Virus record (IMG/VR): IMGVR_UViG_3300030330_004305
DNA: 55,027 bases
Source of the DNA: an uncultured virus (IMG/VR IMGVR_UViG_3300030330_004305)
Taxonomy: Duplodnaviria > Heunggongvirae > Uroviricota > Caudoviricetes
Reading direction: 5' to 3' (one strand)
Shown here: positions 38,328 to 49,800 of the stretch, in pieces
Layout of the letters: each line of letters opens with the position of its first letter
Position numbering within the stretch: the stretch's first letter is position 1
The notes under the pieces: generated by a model
Databases searched by the model: none
What the model was told of the DNA's origin: nothing
What the model saw: only the letters and a program-made list of their open reading frames with translations
Made by a program: the position numbers and the translations under genes

Positions 38328-39284
38328 TTAAGACATTACAATCTCAAAAGTGGCCCTTACAGTTCCTCTGTGAAACCTGCTGTTTGGAGAGGACATTTCT
38401 GTAACAGCCATATTATAATATCTAGCCATTTTAAATTTATAAGAATTGACTAGATCTGGGTACATTAATGCTGAACTATTACGCATTCCTCTATGATCTA
38501 AAGGATAACCAGTTACATTAGCCACTTCATTATTATCATACAACCAAATTGTTCTATCTTTTTCCAGCGATATTACATCAATTAACTGATTTCTCCACCA
38601 TCTAGATTCTGATAAAATATGAAATAAAACGTCCTGATATACGAAATTTCCAACTGTTCCCATCTCGTATGGTTGAAAAGTTCTTCTGGGAACGGCTTCA
38701 ACAACCACTGCTGGTAATTGAACCCTATGATTGGATAGAATCTGCCAATTGCCAGATCCAGTATCGTATATTGTGGGATCATCCACCCTTAACGAATCAT
38801 ATTGAAGTTGGTCCCACCAAGGGGCTTGATCTGCAATATAAGTTTGAACATTTCTGTAAGAATATTTTAACTGAACATTACTCGTTTGAGGTATAGCAGA
38901 GTTAAAAACAACACGACCCAATGGATAATTATAGTGATGTCCATAACTAGCATCACCAGTTCCATAAAATGTACCGCCTACATTAACGCCTGTTAAGTTG
39001 TTGGGTTGAGTATCATAATATATTCCTGTCTCCCAAACCCAGTCCTTGCGTGGTCCTTCCCAAACCTGACCTAAAGTATATGATGGATCGTTGACAAGTC
39101 GCAGTTTGTCAAATGTTCCACCATAAGCTCCAGATGTAGGTATTGAGACATTACTAAAAGCTCCAACACCTAATAACCCCCAATCTAAATAAGTTTTTAA
39201 ATTACTCTCTAGTTGGGACGTTAATAACGTCTTACCTATTTGAGTAACATGCTTATTTAAACGTGTGTAATCACTATTGGACAT
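38328..39284 (-). CDS. tail completion/terminator-like protein
   Basis: QLPAVVVE...PYEMG motif and position just upstream of the tail tube. Confidence 0.55.
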   Translation of the reverse strand: MSNSDYTRLNKHVTQIGKTLLTSQLESNLKTYLDWGLLGVGAFSNVSIPTSGAYGGTFDKLRLVNDPSYTLGQVWEGPRKDWVWETGIYYDTQPNNLTGVNVGGTFYGTGDASYGHHYNYPLGRVVFNSAIPQTSNVQLKYSYRNVQTYIADQAPWWDQLQYDSLRVDDPTIYDTGSGNWQILSNHRVQLPAVVVEAVPRRTFQPYEMGTVGNFVYQDVLFHILSESRWWRNQLIDVISLEKDRTIWLYDNNEVANVTGYPLDHRGMRNSSALMYPDLVNSYKFKMARYYNMAVTEMSSPNSRFHRGTVRATFEIVMS

Positions 39285-39914
39285 TTAGAATCCCCTTTTT
39301 ATTTCTGCGTCCATAACTTGATCAATTGTCTTTTTAATATCAGACAATGACCTAGTTGCAAAATTATCTGTAGCTGTGCCCGCATGTTGCGTAGGAATCT
39401 GCCAGCCACCTCTTGATTTTACCATGATTCCTAATCCAGTTCTACCAGCATTAGATGCCTTAAATTCGTAACCAGCAACTATTATCGAATTGCTTTCAAG
39501 AAGCAACCAACGTAGCCATTCAATAATACCGCTTCCTCTACTACTACTATAAGCAAAAGATGCTTCCGGTAAAGACAATACATCAGAATAATCTGATCTT
39601 ATCATTCCTATTTTTATAACCCCTAAAGAGTTATTTGATTCATATGTAACTTGTATACCTTTAGCCCAAGTGTTTAGAATGTTGTCTAATCCACTCGTAC
39701 TTTGTATTCCAAGCTCGCCTCTTAAAATTGAGTTTTGTAATTCTATCCAAGTATTTGAAGAAGCTATAGATTGAACTAACTCTTGTTCAAGTCTTGATTT
39801 AGTTCTCTCAAGTATCTTGGGAATTTTTGTTTTTATTATTTTTTTTAATTCTTTATTAATATTAGAATTAAATTGTTTTTGAAAATTTGGTAGTGTGATT
39901 TTTGCTTCAATCAT
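39285..39914 (-). CDS. neck/tail completion protein
   Basis: Position; TAATG overlap with upstream gene; IEWLRWLL. Confidence 0.5.
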   Translation of the reverse strand: MIEAKITLPNFQKQFNSNINKELKKIIKTKIPKILERTKSRLEQELVQSIASSNTWIELQNSILRGELGIQSTSGLDNILNTWAKGIQVTYESNNSLGVIKIGMIRSDYSDVLSLPEASFAYSSSRGSGIIEWLRWLLLESNSIIVAGYEFKASNAGRTGLGIMVKSRGGWQIPTQHAGTATDNFATRSLSDIKKTIDQVMDAEIKRGF

Positions 39915-40432
39915 TATCCAGACCTTTTCCAAATACATTCTGCAAATTCGCTGTTAAACCCACACAACTGAGGCTCAGAAATTCTTTCATATCTGTACCT
40001 CCCATATGAACCTAGATCTGTATTTACTACTATTTCTTTAGCTCTAACTAGTTTTGGAATATTATTTGAAAAAGTCATTGTTTGTATACTGCCTTCTGGA
40101 TTATTGACAGTTCCAGCATTCATGAATTGCTTTTCATCCCATATAACCATTAATTTTATATCTTCTGTAGTTTCAATTGGTTTTTTACCATTTCCATTGC
40201 ACATAGGGCATATGCTACCAAAAGGAAACGGAATTGGCCCTCCATCTTGAAACCGATTTGATGATTTTTGACCAATTGGATCATAAACACAATTAGTGCA
40301 ATCTTGATATTTTGTTACTCCATAATAAATTTTACATGGAACAGTAAGTGCATCATCATACAACAATGCAGATATAGCATCTTTAAAAAGTGATTTAAAA
40401 TCGCTGCTGATTATTCCTGAAAAATTATTCAT
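39914..40432 (-). CDS. head closure/neck protein with Zn-finger insertion
   Basis: CTNC...CPMCNGNG; position after adaptor. Confidence 0.55.
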   Translation of the reverse strand: MNNFSGIISSDFKSLFKDAISALLYDDALTVPCKIYYGVTKYQDCTNCVYDPIGQKSSNRFQDGGPIPFPFGSICPMCNGNGKKPIETTEDIKLMVIWDEKQFMNAGTVNNPEGSIQTMTFSNNIPKLVRAKEIVVNTDLGSYGRYRYERISEPQLCGFNSEFAECIWKRSG

Positions 40433-40448
40433 TTAAGTATTCTTTAAA

Positions 40449-40673
40449 TTAAGACTGACAAGGAGCACAACCAGTAAATCTAGTATTGTATTTTGAATTT
40501 ATAGTTCCAGTAGTTGGAAGGTTTGAAACGTAAGTATCAATAGTATATTGCGTTCCACCCCAGCCAGATGCAGCAGGGATCGTTCCGCTTAATGAACCTG
40601 CGGGTGCTGCGGATACTATAGTACCTTCTTTGTGAGTAGTACCCGGACCTTTGGGTTGATATATAATAGGCAT
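40449..40673 (-). CDS. small virion-associated hypothetical protein
   Basis: GGAGA RBS; Ser/Thr/Gly-rich; C-terminal CAPC. Confidence 0.65.
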   Translation of the reverse strand: MPIIYQPKGPGTTHKEGTIVSAAPAGSLSGTIPAASGWGGTQYTIDTYVSNLPTTGTINSKYNTRFTGCAPCQS

Positions 40674-40694
40674 TTTATTATCTCCAGTTTAAAT

Positions 40695-41228
40695 TTAATA
40701 ATTGTAATTACTTCTTCGGCCTTGACCTGAATCTTGTCCCATAGGTGGGTGATAATCATTAGAAACAAAAGGAGACATGACAGCAGTTATAATCTTTTTT
40801 CCTTCATAACTGAAGTTGTATCCATCTTTTAATTCATCATATACCTTACAAGGACCATTTGTTAGTAGCTCTTTTAGATATTGCCCATATGAATTTGTCT
40901 CAAGTACAGCAGGACCACACCTTGCTTTTACACCTTGCAGCAAAGCGGAGTTTCTAAAATTTCCTTCATCTGCAATGCAAGCTGCTTTTAAAACCATAAA
41001 ATTAATAAATTCGGGACCGTCATCTTTAGAGATAGGGTCTGGGCTTATTGTGTTCTTTTCAACATCAACAATATATGTACTGTTAAAGTTTATATCTATT
41101 GGTAGAAAGTAAGCCGCAGTTATCAATAAATTTTCTAACCTATTGTTTGTATATTTAGTCTCTCCACAACCAGCATCATTGAGCATGGTTCTGAGCATAA
41201 TCAAGCTTGTATTTTGCCAAGTTGCCAT
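40695..41228 (-). CDS. head-tail adaptor protein
   Basis: LRTMLND...YTNNRLENLLITAA helical N-terminus typical of adaptors; position. Confidence 0.6.
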   Translation of the reverse strand: MATWQNTSLIMLRTMLNDAGCGETKYTNNRLENLLITAAYFLPIDINFNSTYIVDVEKNTISPDPISKDDGPEFINFMVLKAACIADEGNFRNSALLQGVKARCGPAVLETNSYGQYLKELLTNGPCKVYDELKDGYNFSYEGKKIITAVMSPFVSNDYHPPMGQDSGQGRRSNYNY

Positions 41229-41232
41229 TTTT

Positions 41233-41553
41233 CTACCTATCAGTTAATTTGAGTATACCGTCACCCTCTAGAATTTGACCATCCGATGTGGTCACAGTTA
41301 TTTCTATTCTATATTTATTACCAGCAGTACCTGACTCAATCCATAATTGAATCTTACTATTGGTAGAATTTCCGGTTACAATAGCTGTACTACTTATAGT
41401 TAAATCAGAAGTACCACCATCAATAGTTTCGGAGGCAACTGAATTTATGCTAGAAATAGTTTCGCTACTCGAAAGCAAACTCGAAAATTCCATAGAGAAT
41501 CTTCTTTTCTCTGATGGTTGTTTACAAAGTTCTTGTTTAGCAGTTACACCCAT
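41233..41553 (-). CDS. phage fibre-tail adaptor-like (Ig-fold) protein
   Basis: KQPSEKRRFSMEF...WIESGTAGNKYRIEITVTTSDGQILE pattern. Confidence 0.65.
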   Translation of the reverse strand: MGVTAKQELCKQPSEKRRFSMEFSSLLSSSETISSINSVASETIDGGTSDLTISSTAIVTGNSTNSKIQLWIESGTAGNKYRIEITVTTSDGQILEGDGILKLTDR

Positions 41554-41611
41554 TATACACTCCCAATTTAGAATACACTATTATATTCATTTTTGTTATA
41601 AATATTAAACT

Positions 41612-42358
41612 CTATAAAGATTGTCCATTTACCGATATTTCGTAAAAGCTACTTTTTATTCTTTCAGTTCCTGCATTCAAAGTAAGTTTTAACCAAATAC
41701 CTTGATACGAATTTGAAACGATTGGCTCACTTAATCCACTAGGTCCAGCACCATAATTAGTAACACCAGTTGGTGCGACTGTCCTGTTTGATGTTGATTC
41801 GTTGTATTTTTGAGATTTTTCTAATCCAAAATTTACTATATTATATAATCCGCTATTAACTTCAGTAACGCTGACACCAGAGAACATATTAACAAGATTA
41901 TTATTTTTTATAAATATTTTTTCATATAACTCTTTATTAGCACCGCCAGTACTATTGGCTGTAGCGTTGTAAAATGGTTTTAAAAAGCCACTTTCATGTG
42001 GAAATATTTTACCTATACCAGAATTACTTGAAGATTCTTGAATAGATATCTCACCGCTTGCAAAATAATCAGTGGAACATACAAGTATCGTATCAAATAT
42101 TTGAGTGCCAACAACAGCCGTTGTCCCACTTAATTTAATTGTGTCTGTTTTTATAATTCCTACTGTATCTCTTCCTGTTATGTTTAAATTACCAGTATCA
42201 TTAGAATTATTACTAAAAGCAGATATTTTACCATATCCAGCGATGTCTGTAAATATAACCCTCACTCCACTATTTATTTCACCACCAGTTGTGGATGAAT
42301 CACTTTGTGGCATATTTTGACTTGCATACAATACTATATCTGAATCTGTAATTGACAT
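41612..42358 (-). CDS. virion structural protein (hypothetical)
   Basis: MSITDSDIVLYAS...YEKIFIKN...YQGIWLK; TAATG overlap with upstream ORF. Confidence 0.6.
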   Translation of the reverse strand: MSITDSDIVLYASQNMPQSDSSTTGGEINSGVRVIFTDIAGYGKISAFSNNSNDTGNLNITGRDTVGIIKTDTIKLSGTTAVVGTQIFDTILVCSTDYFASGEISIQESSSNSGIGKIFPHESGFLKPFYNATANSTGGANKELYEKIFIKNNNLVNMFSGVSVTEVNSGLYNIVNFGLEKSQKYNESTSNRTVAPTGVTNYGAGPSGLSEPIVSNSYQGIWLKLTLNAGTERIKSSFYEISVNGQSL

Positions 42359-42576
42359 TATAAACTCCACTCAGTGCTTCGTATATCTAATACCCAATTT
42401 GATTCACGTTCATCCAAAATCCAGTCTGCACTCCGTATTGACAATATCCAATCCAAAGTCTTCATATCGGGGTTCACATCTTCCTGAACCTCTATTGGTA
42501 TTTTAAACAATAGATCTAAAGTGTCTAGACCAAATGATGAAATTGGATTACTGGAAATAGGTTCAAAACCAAGCAT
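42358..42576 (-). CDS. small hypothetical protein (MLGFEPISSNPISS)
   Basis: AAGGA RBS; C-terminal W-x8 repeats. Confidence 0.6.
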   Translation of the reverse strand: MLGFEPISSNPISSFGLDTLDLLFKIPIEVQEDVNPDMKTLDWILSIRSADWILDERESNWVLDIRSTEWSL

Positions 42577-42586
42577 GTTTTTTCCT

Positions 42587-43879
42587 TTAGGATGCAGCGT
42601 TGGATCTTACTCCAACTTGTAAAGAGTTAATATCACTCGTTGTCCAAGCCACGTTTGTCGCAGGATTATAATTTTGAATTTCTTGTCGAATTGTATAAGT
42701 ACTATCTAAATTAATTCCAGAACCAGCATGAACAATACCAGTAGCTTCAAGTCCAGAACCATTTGTAACTTGAACAAAATCCATGTTACCGCTTGCAGTT
42801 TGCCATCTAGCTTGAGTAAAATGTCTTACTCCATTAACACTTGTCATGGTTCCTATACTTGTCATATCAAAAACACCACTGACTGGCCTGATACCACTAA
42901 CAAAAGTTGTTCCATTATCTATTTTTCTTAAAATCCCTGTCACACTAGACCCAGCACCTATTCCAAAATTTTGAAAATTTCCAGTCCCATTAACTGGTAA
43001 ATATTGGACTCTAGATGTGGAGCCTATATAATCATTATTAAATCCACCGGATGTAGTCAAAAGATATATATCATCATAAAAAGTGCCAAATGCAGTTTTT
43101 TGTGTATCGCCCCCAGAGGAAGAGAAGATTCCCGGAGACATTATGATTTCTCTGATATTATTACACTGATTGTTAGAATAGCTTGCACCGCCTACACTTA
43201 TTTCAACCGTATCATCCATTTTCACTTCAAAAGTATAATTTTTAGATGAATTAACAGTACATTTTATTTCTATTGTTTGCCAATCGTTTGTTTTTACATC
43301 TGTACTACCAGTTCCTAAAATCGAACCTATGTAAGTCGTTTTTAAATAGTTTTTTTGCTTGCCGCTAGGAGAACTATTACCGTCTTCAAACACATTTGCA
43401 TAAGTTGCACTTGAATGATTGGGAACATACAATATTAATTTTTTTGATGAATTTACGCCAAGTATAAATAGCGGGTCTCCAGAACTATCAACAACTGAAA
43501 TAATTCCATTGCTACTATTGCCATCAACAGTTTTTTTATAACTAAACCCAAGAATAAATGATTCAATATCAAACTGTCTTGATATTGGCATTCGTGTCCA
43601 TGTGCCTGTATTACCTAGATAGCTGGTTGCAACCCCATCCTCGGTTCTCACCCTTCTAGCAGTATGCTGTTTAAAATAAAGCTTTAAGGCTCCACCAGAA
43701 TCATATCTCCCTGAAGCTGGTGCAAATTCTGTTATTGGGTCAGGATCAACAGTATATGTATCCGAATGTGGAGAGTTAGCTAATGCTTTCTTGGCTTGAA
43801 AAGCCATATCTAAACCAGCATATCCAGCTATAGTTGTTCCTGTAACCGCATCAAAACCCTCTATATGTATTAATGACAT
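42587..43879 (-). CDS. concanavalin A/LamG-like beta-sandwich virion protein
   Basis: MSLIHIEGFD, WQTIEIK, FYDDIYL, NPATNVAWTTSDINSLQVG. Confidence 0.6.
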   Translation of the reverse strand: MSLIHIEGFDAVTGTTIAGYAGLDMAFQAKKALANSPHSDTYTVDPDPITEFAPASGRYDSGGALKLYFKQHTARRVRTEDGVATSYLGNTGTWTRMPISRQFDIESFILGFSYKKTVDGNSSNGIISVVDSSGDPLFILGVNSSKKLILYVPNHSSATYANVFEDGNSSPSGKQKNYLKTTYIGSILGTGSTDVKTNDWQTIEIKCTVNSSKNYTFEVKMDDTVEISVGGASYSNNQCNNIREIIMSPGIFSSSGGDTQKTAFGTFYDDIYLLTTSGGFNNDYIGSTSRVQYLPVNGTGNFQNFGIGAGSSVTGILRKIDNGTTFVSGIRPVSGVFDMTSIGTMTSVNGVRHFTQARWQTASGNMDFVQVTNGSGLEATGIVHAGSGINLDSTYTIRQEIQNYNPATNVAWTTSDINSLQVGVRSNAAS

Positions 43880-44508
43880 TATTGAGTCTCCATCAAATTT
43901 TTAATTTTATGTATGTCTCTTCCTAAATATGTGCCCAATGACACCCTCTCTGTTTCAGTATAAATAGAGTGCCACAAAGGTGAAAAATTATCTCTTATAT
44001 AAAAAAATCTAAAGTTCCACCCTTGATTCTCTTTGCAGTCTACCAAGTTACCTGAATCGTCTTGATATCTAAAATAAGCTAAAGCGTTCTCTGAACAATA
44101 TGTACAATAAAGTCTCCAACCAAATCTTGCATTATTATGCCAGCCCATATATCCATTTTTAGGATACAACATTCTTCCACTTTGAGAAGGAACGCTACCT
44201 TCCAAATCAGAATTAGAAACAACAAACGACGATATCGCATTAAAAAACCGAAGTGAAGTTTCATCGCTTAATTGTTTTGTTGTTTTTTTTGTTGAAGAAT
44301 TATTAGAGTCCACATAAGTTGTTTGCTTGAGTCTAAAACTTTCTTTAACCTTCTTCAAAAAATCAAGACTTGTGTAATATTCATTGTCTTCATGTTCTAC
44401 CTCAGAATTGCATAATACATCATCCTCTACAAGTATATTTGATAATATAGTAGATAATTGTTGTTTGTAACAATCTTTTAAATCGTATGCAGTTCTTTCT
44501 AAAATCAT
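43879..44508 (-). CDS. 2OG-Fe(II) oxygenase-like protein
   Basis: YPKNGYMGWHNN...PLWHSIYTETERVSLG (H-x-N...H plus RxS); ATGA overlap supports start 44508. Confidence 0.65.
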   Translation of the reverse strand: MILERTAYDLKDCYKQQLSTILSNILVEDDVLCNSEVEHEDNEYYTSLDFLKKVKESFRLKQTTYVDSNNSSTKKTTKQLSDETSLRFFNAISSFVVSNSDLEGSVPSQSGRMLYPKNGYMGWHNNARFGWRLYCTYCSENALAYFRYQDDSGNLVDCKENQGWNFRFFYIRDNFSPLWHSIYTETERVSLGTYLGRDIHKIKNLMETQ

Positions 44509-45158
44509 GCCCTCAAGCCTCTCCAGTTCATACAAATATTTTGACAAACATCTATACCAAGCATTATATTCCACTCAAAAGCATATGTTTCACTTTTTCT
44601 GCCATGATAAAATGGAGTATTAGAGTCATGTGGTATTTTATAAAGTCTATAATTGAATTTTGAATTGTGCTTTGATACTTTAACTTGTTTGTTGTCTGAC
44701 TCATAAAATATAAAGTCAAATTTATCTAAATCTTGAACCCAGCAAATATTTAATATCCAAGAACCTTCAAATTGTGGCGTTCTATGAAAACCATAAATTC
44801 CTTGAGGAACATACATGTTACATCCAAAAAATGATTGAGCACAAGATAGTGGTCCTTGACTAGTATTAAAATAATTTAAATATTTTTGATAGCCAAGCTC
44901 TGCCAAGTTATTTATTGATTCAAACTCTTCTGTTGATGGCATTCTGGTCATAGGAACCGCTTGACCACCACTGTCCATTAACGCCTGTAAAGAATCCATA
45001 GAAAATTCATTATCAACGTCATAGTTTTCAGGTAAGTCTAGACAATTATCGTATTGAGACAAGTCCCCTAAAGATTCTATATTGTTTTGAATTTCTTGTT
45101 CTATGTTGGAAAATACTTCAGTATTTTTTACGTAAAACGCTCCGGGATTTTGACTCAT
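44505..45158 (-). CDS. divergent paralog of the adjacent 2OG-Fe(II) oxygenase-like protein
   Basis: YVPQGIYGFHRT...NYRLYKI...PFYH aligns with the neighbouring ORF. Confidence 0.5.
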   Translation of the reverse strand: MSQNPGAFYVKNTEVFSNIEQEIQNNIESLGDLSQYDNCLDLPENYDVDNEFSMDSLQALMDSGGQAVPMTRMPSTEEFESINNLAELGYQKYLNYFNTSQGPLSCAQSFFGCNMYVPQGIYGFHRTPQFEGSWILNICWVQDLDKFDFIFYESDNKQVKVSKHNSKFNYRLYKIPHDSNTPFYHGRKSETYAFEWNIMLGIDVCQNICMNWRGLRA

Positions 45159-46042
45159 ATGAATTTCTCCTTATTGTGTGAATAATCTTTTTGATCTATT
45201 ATTCTTAAATCAGCAAGATCCCAACAACCTTGTAATTTTATTTCTTTTTTATAGTAATCTTTTTTGTTTATAGTTATCAATCTACAATTTCTTGTTGATC
45301 TATTTGACACACCGATTACATGAAAATTTTCTGTTGAAGCATAGCCTCTTATGAAATCATTATAATCATTTGTAACCAATACTCTAGAATAATCTTCTCT
45401 AACTATTGAATGTGTTTTTCCAGTATCTAAAGTTGAAACATGTCCTTTATCTATAAATACACAATGTGCTAAAAACGCATTAAATTTTTGTCTTTTTATA
45501 ATTTTTAAGTTTAAATCGCATTTTAAATATTCGCTTGCTTTTTTCATCCAATTATGAAGTAATATATATAAAAAGTTTCCATCGTAATGAAGGCTATTGA
45601 TGTGGTTCACATCCATTTCTCTAAAATGAACAGGCTCTTTAGGCTCTACTCTTTTCTGTTTTTCTGGATCAAATAATTTCTCTACCTTTTCAGTTTTTAT
45701 ATCAAAAACGTTTATTGCATTGACTGTTGTATCTGCTGAATATATTTTACCGTTAATTTCTAATATTTGATGTGGGTTTCCATAAAAAATGTCATAATGT
45801 TTTACTTGATTAAGATTTTTATCAAACTTAATTAAATTGGTTCTGTTTGCAACAAATAAATTTTCATTGTTCCAAGTCAATCCGAATGGTCGATGCTTGT
45901 GGTACTCCTCCCTGCCACAAACCTTATCTTTTCTAATATCAACATAAAATCCATAATCTTTTTTTTCTAAAGTTTCTGTATCAATAATTGAAAATTGATT
46001 ACATTTACCTTTTGGATCAACTGGAGTATATGCTACTTTCAT
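45155..46042 (-). CDS. beta-propeller protein (DUF4915/TIGR03032-like)
   Basis: RPFGLTW, NPHQI, HINSL, FIRG blade-like motifs. Confidence 0.5.
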   Translation of the reverse strand: MKVAYTPVDPKGKCNQFSIIDTETLEKKDYGFYVDIRKDKVCGREEYHKHRPFGLTWNNENLFVANRTNLIKFDKNLNQVKHYDIFYGNPHQILEINGKIYSADTTVNAINVFDIKTEKVEKLFDPEKQKRVEPKEPVHFREMDVNHINSLHYDGNFLYILLHNWMKKASEYLKCDLNLKIIKRQKFNAFLAHCVFIDKGHVSTLDTGKTHSIVREDYSRVLVTNDYNDFIRGYASTENFHVIGVSNRSTRNCRLITINKKDYYKKEIKLQGCWDLADLRIIDQKDYSHNKEKFI

Positions 46043-46843
46043 TTATAAATCTATTTCCTTATTGCCAAATCTTAGCTTATTAAGTTGAACACTTCCTTGA
46101 TATACCTTATTAATGGTAAGATTTCCAAATCTTATCTTAGTCCCAGCAACCGCTGGTGCTGTACCCAAAACCTCTATTCCTAGTGCTGAAACGTCTCTTC
46201 GCTCTTCTACTTTTGCTCCAACAGCTTGAGTTACAATTCCTGCGACATCCGTTTCATTTACAATTACTGAACCCGCAACTTGTGTAATAACTGAAGATAC
46301 AGATGTCGTTCCAGATGCCGAACCTGATGAAGAATGAACAGTAATTTGTATACAGTCAACATAAGCAATATCTTGTGTTCCAAACCCAGTACTATGAGTA
46401 CTTACTTTTAGTATTACTCCAAAATTTGAAGAGTTTATTTTTGCTGGTGTCCAAGTCTCTCCCCACTTGTCTGATGAGCTTCCGTAAGTAACTGAAGCCT
46501 CTGAAGTAGGCCAATTAGTTCCTGTATCAGCTTTATTTGTTGATCCCGTACCTCCAGAACCATCACCATTGAGTATAAATACTTCAGCATCTCTTATTAG
46601 GTTTTGTGCCTTTTTTTGAATCGTTACAATAATACCATCTATAGTATCACCAGAATCTATAGAAAATCCAAAATTAGTAGCTTTAAGTTGATCTGCTGCA
46701 CCGGCCATGCCGACCATGAAAGTTTGCGAAGCAAAACCTCCATTATCACAATTTTCAGCATCCCCAACGTTAGACCATGCGGTATTCATCATACCGCCGC
46801 TAACGTTTACTACTGTTCCATTTTCTCTTGTTACTGATGCCAT
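46043..46843 (-). CDS. virion-associated Ser/Thr/Gly-rich protein
   Basis: TNFGFSI...IDGI...YGSSSDKWGETWTPAKINSSNFG; C-terminal INKVYQGS. Confidence 0.65.
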   Translation of the reverse strand: MASVTRENGTVVNVSGGMMNTAWSNVGDAENCDNGGFASQTFMVGMAGAADQLKATNFGFSIDSGDTIDGIIVTIQKKAQNLIRDAEVFILNGDGSGGTGSTNKADTGTNWPTSEASVTYGSSSDKWGETWTPAKINSSNFGVILKVSTHSTGFGTQDIAYVDCIQITVHSSSGSASGTTSVSSVITQVAGSVIVNETDVAGIVTQAVGAKVEERRDVSALGIEVLGTAPAVAGTKIRFGNLTINKVYQGSVQLNKLRFGNKEIDL

Positions 46844-46856
46844 TTATTTATAAGCC

Positions 46857-49800
46857 CTATACTAAGAAGTACAATGTATTAGCGTCTTTTGAACTCAAAG
46901 CAGTGTAAACAGCTTCTGTCATGACCATCATATTTTTTACGCCTGAAGCAGATGTTTCTGGATCGGTAAATGGTATTCCAGATCCATTATATTTGACAGG
47001 TGCAATGCTTGCTCCATCGTTGTATAATGTATCGGTAGTTGTAGATGGTGTTTTATTTTCTAATGTAATCCCATGATGGAATTTACCAGAAGCAAATACT
47101 TCAAAATCAAAATCAGCTACACCGGTTCCAACACTTACGTATCTTGCATTTTTCCCTATTGATACGTCACCACTGGCATCTACTTCTATAAGAGATAAAC
47201 CAGTAATATCATTTACTGAGAATATTGTTCCACTAGATAAATTATCTGTTATAGAAAATAATTGCCCCTGTGTTCCTTCAAATGAAAGTGCAGTACCTGA
47301 AGTTGAAGCACTTGCAAAACTTGACAAAACTTCTAAGTTTATTGGTGTGTCATTAACACCAGATCCAGTAAATACAATTTTAGGAGTTACTTTAGTGGTA
47401 GATGTTACATCTATTTGCCTAAAGTTTCCGGTTCCTCCAAATATATTAAACTCTGTTCCATCTAAAGTCAATCCACTGCCAGCGGTATATGAGCTACCAC
47501 CTCCAACAGCCGAACCATTAAATTTAAGTGTTCCACCATCGTTGTAAAGTTTGTTTGTTGTACTTGAGGGAACATGACTGTGCAACAACATTCCACTTGT
47601 TTGAACTCCACTAGTCTGTAGTTCCTTAACAAAACCTTTGTTGAATCTTTTATTGGTTTCACCTATATTGCTATTTAAGTCAGTGCTTGGGCTAAGTGTG
47701 TTGTATAGTGTTATAGCACTTGAGCCAACCCTTAGTCGATTTGAGTTATTGTATTTAAGATTTACCTGACTAGAGCTATCTAAGGTTAATGCTCTTGATG
47801 ATCCATCTCCACCTTTAGCAGCTTTGATTTTTGCAACATTGGAATCAAAAGAAATCTCTAGACGTTCGTAGTTAGTGTCGTTAATTCCAGATTCGGTGGG
47901 ATTGTAAATATGTATATTTCCAGTGCCAACTGAAATGCTACCATCTGATGTTATACTAGTAAGTACTTTACCATCAGATTTCTTAAACTCAGCCATATTC
48001 GCTGACTGAGAAGCTGCCGCTTGTACATCAATTGGTACAGTTGTTGACGATGCTGGAGTGACACTCAAATCGCCATTTTTTATAATTAGGCTATTAGTAC
48101 CGCTATTAAAAGATAATGATCCACTGTTTGCTGTTAATGCCCCATTGCTTCCAAAGAACGCAACTCCAGAAGGACTACCATTATAAACCACACCCGATAG
48201 TGCGGTTGTTTTTGTGTTTAACAATCCAGTAGATGTTTGCAATGCACTTATATCTGTGTCATTGGATGTAATTTGTGACTGTAAATAACCAGAAGCAGCG
48301 GCGTTAGCAGTCACTCTAGTGTCTAAATTGCCAGTGGCTGTCTCCAAGGCAGAAACGTCAGTATTTAGTAATCCAGTCGCTGTCTTCAAGTCAGAAACGT
48401 CAGTATTTAGTAATCCAGTCGCTGTCTTCAAGTCAGAAACGTCAGGGTTGAGTAGTCCAGTCGCTGCCTGCAATCCACTTATATCTGCATCATTAGATGT
48501 AATTTGATTCTGTAAAAGACCGACAATAACAGCGTTGGTCTGCACTCTAGTATCTAAATTGCCACTTACAGTATTAAGATAAGTCGTGGTTGGATATCCT
48601 GAGCCGTTAAAGTATAGACCGCCGCCCACATTGTAAAGCTTGTCTGTAGTGGTCGCTGGTGTGTTGCGTTGCAGCGTAATGCCAGTTGAAGCAATAATCA
48701 AACCGCTTACATTTAAGCTAGAACCATCAAAAGTTAAATTAGATTCTACATTAGCCGTTGAAGAATCACCAAAAGTGACCAGACCGTTTGCAGTAGAACC
48801 ACTAAACGATATTCCTCCACCACCGCCACCACCAACAGCAGAGCCGTTGAAATATAAAGAACCACCTACGTTATAAAGTTTGTCTGTGGTACTAGATGGA
48901 GTATTTCTTTGTAAAGCGATACCAGTAGCTGCGGTTACGAGTCCTGTAGATTCAATAGTTCCACTAGAAATTAGTGATGCAGAAAACTGACCAGTAGCCC
49001 CATAAATAGCAGCTAAAGCACTATTATCATTACTTTTTACAGCCAGTATATCTGTGTCTACATAACTTAAAGTAACCTTGTCGGTCCCATCAGACGCTGC
49101 AAACCGTAGAAAAGGACCACGTAGTTCAACATTGCTGCTTTGAATTTGCATCTTAGGGCTATTACTAATTCTAAACTGCACAAGGCTTGCATCATTAATA
49201 TAGCCGCCTAATTGAAGATTTCCTGTCAAATTTACGTCACCAGAAACGCTAACATTGCCAGTTGTATCTATATCTCCATTAGCGTTGATACTAGTCATAA
49301 CTGTACCAGCATTATTTTGCCACTGCTGAAGATCCTCAGACTGAGAAGCCGCACCTTCAACAATCAATCCAACATCGGTAGAAAGATTGTTTACAACGTG
49401 AAGCTGACCTTCTGGGTCTTTATTGTTTATTCCAACATCACCACTAGAAGTAACTATAAATACATCGCCTGCATTGCCGCCAAAGGATTTTACTGTAATA
49501 TAGTTTGCAGATGTATTATTATCATTTAAAATACCAAGTTTGGCTGTATTTGTAGCAGTACCAATTTCCAATACGTTTTGTGAACTATTACCAACACTGA
49601 AAGCAGCGGTACTAGACGCTGCAATGCGAGTTTTACCACCAACATCTAAAGTATATGTTGCAGTAGGAGAAGAATTTTTAATACCAACACTAGTTCCATT
49701 ATCAAAAATAAGACCAGTAGCAATAGATGTTACGCCAGAAAATCTAGGAACATAATTTGCAGTTCCAGAGCCAGTTATAGTCGAAGATCCTGCACCAACA

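Noticed and set aside
48331..48470. CRISPR-like array
   Set aside because: Repeats are contiguous with no spacers, 42 bp in frame, and encode coiled-coil units
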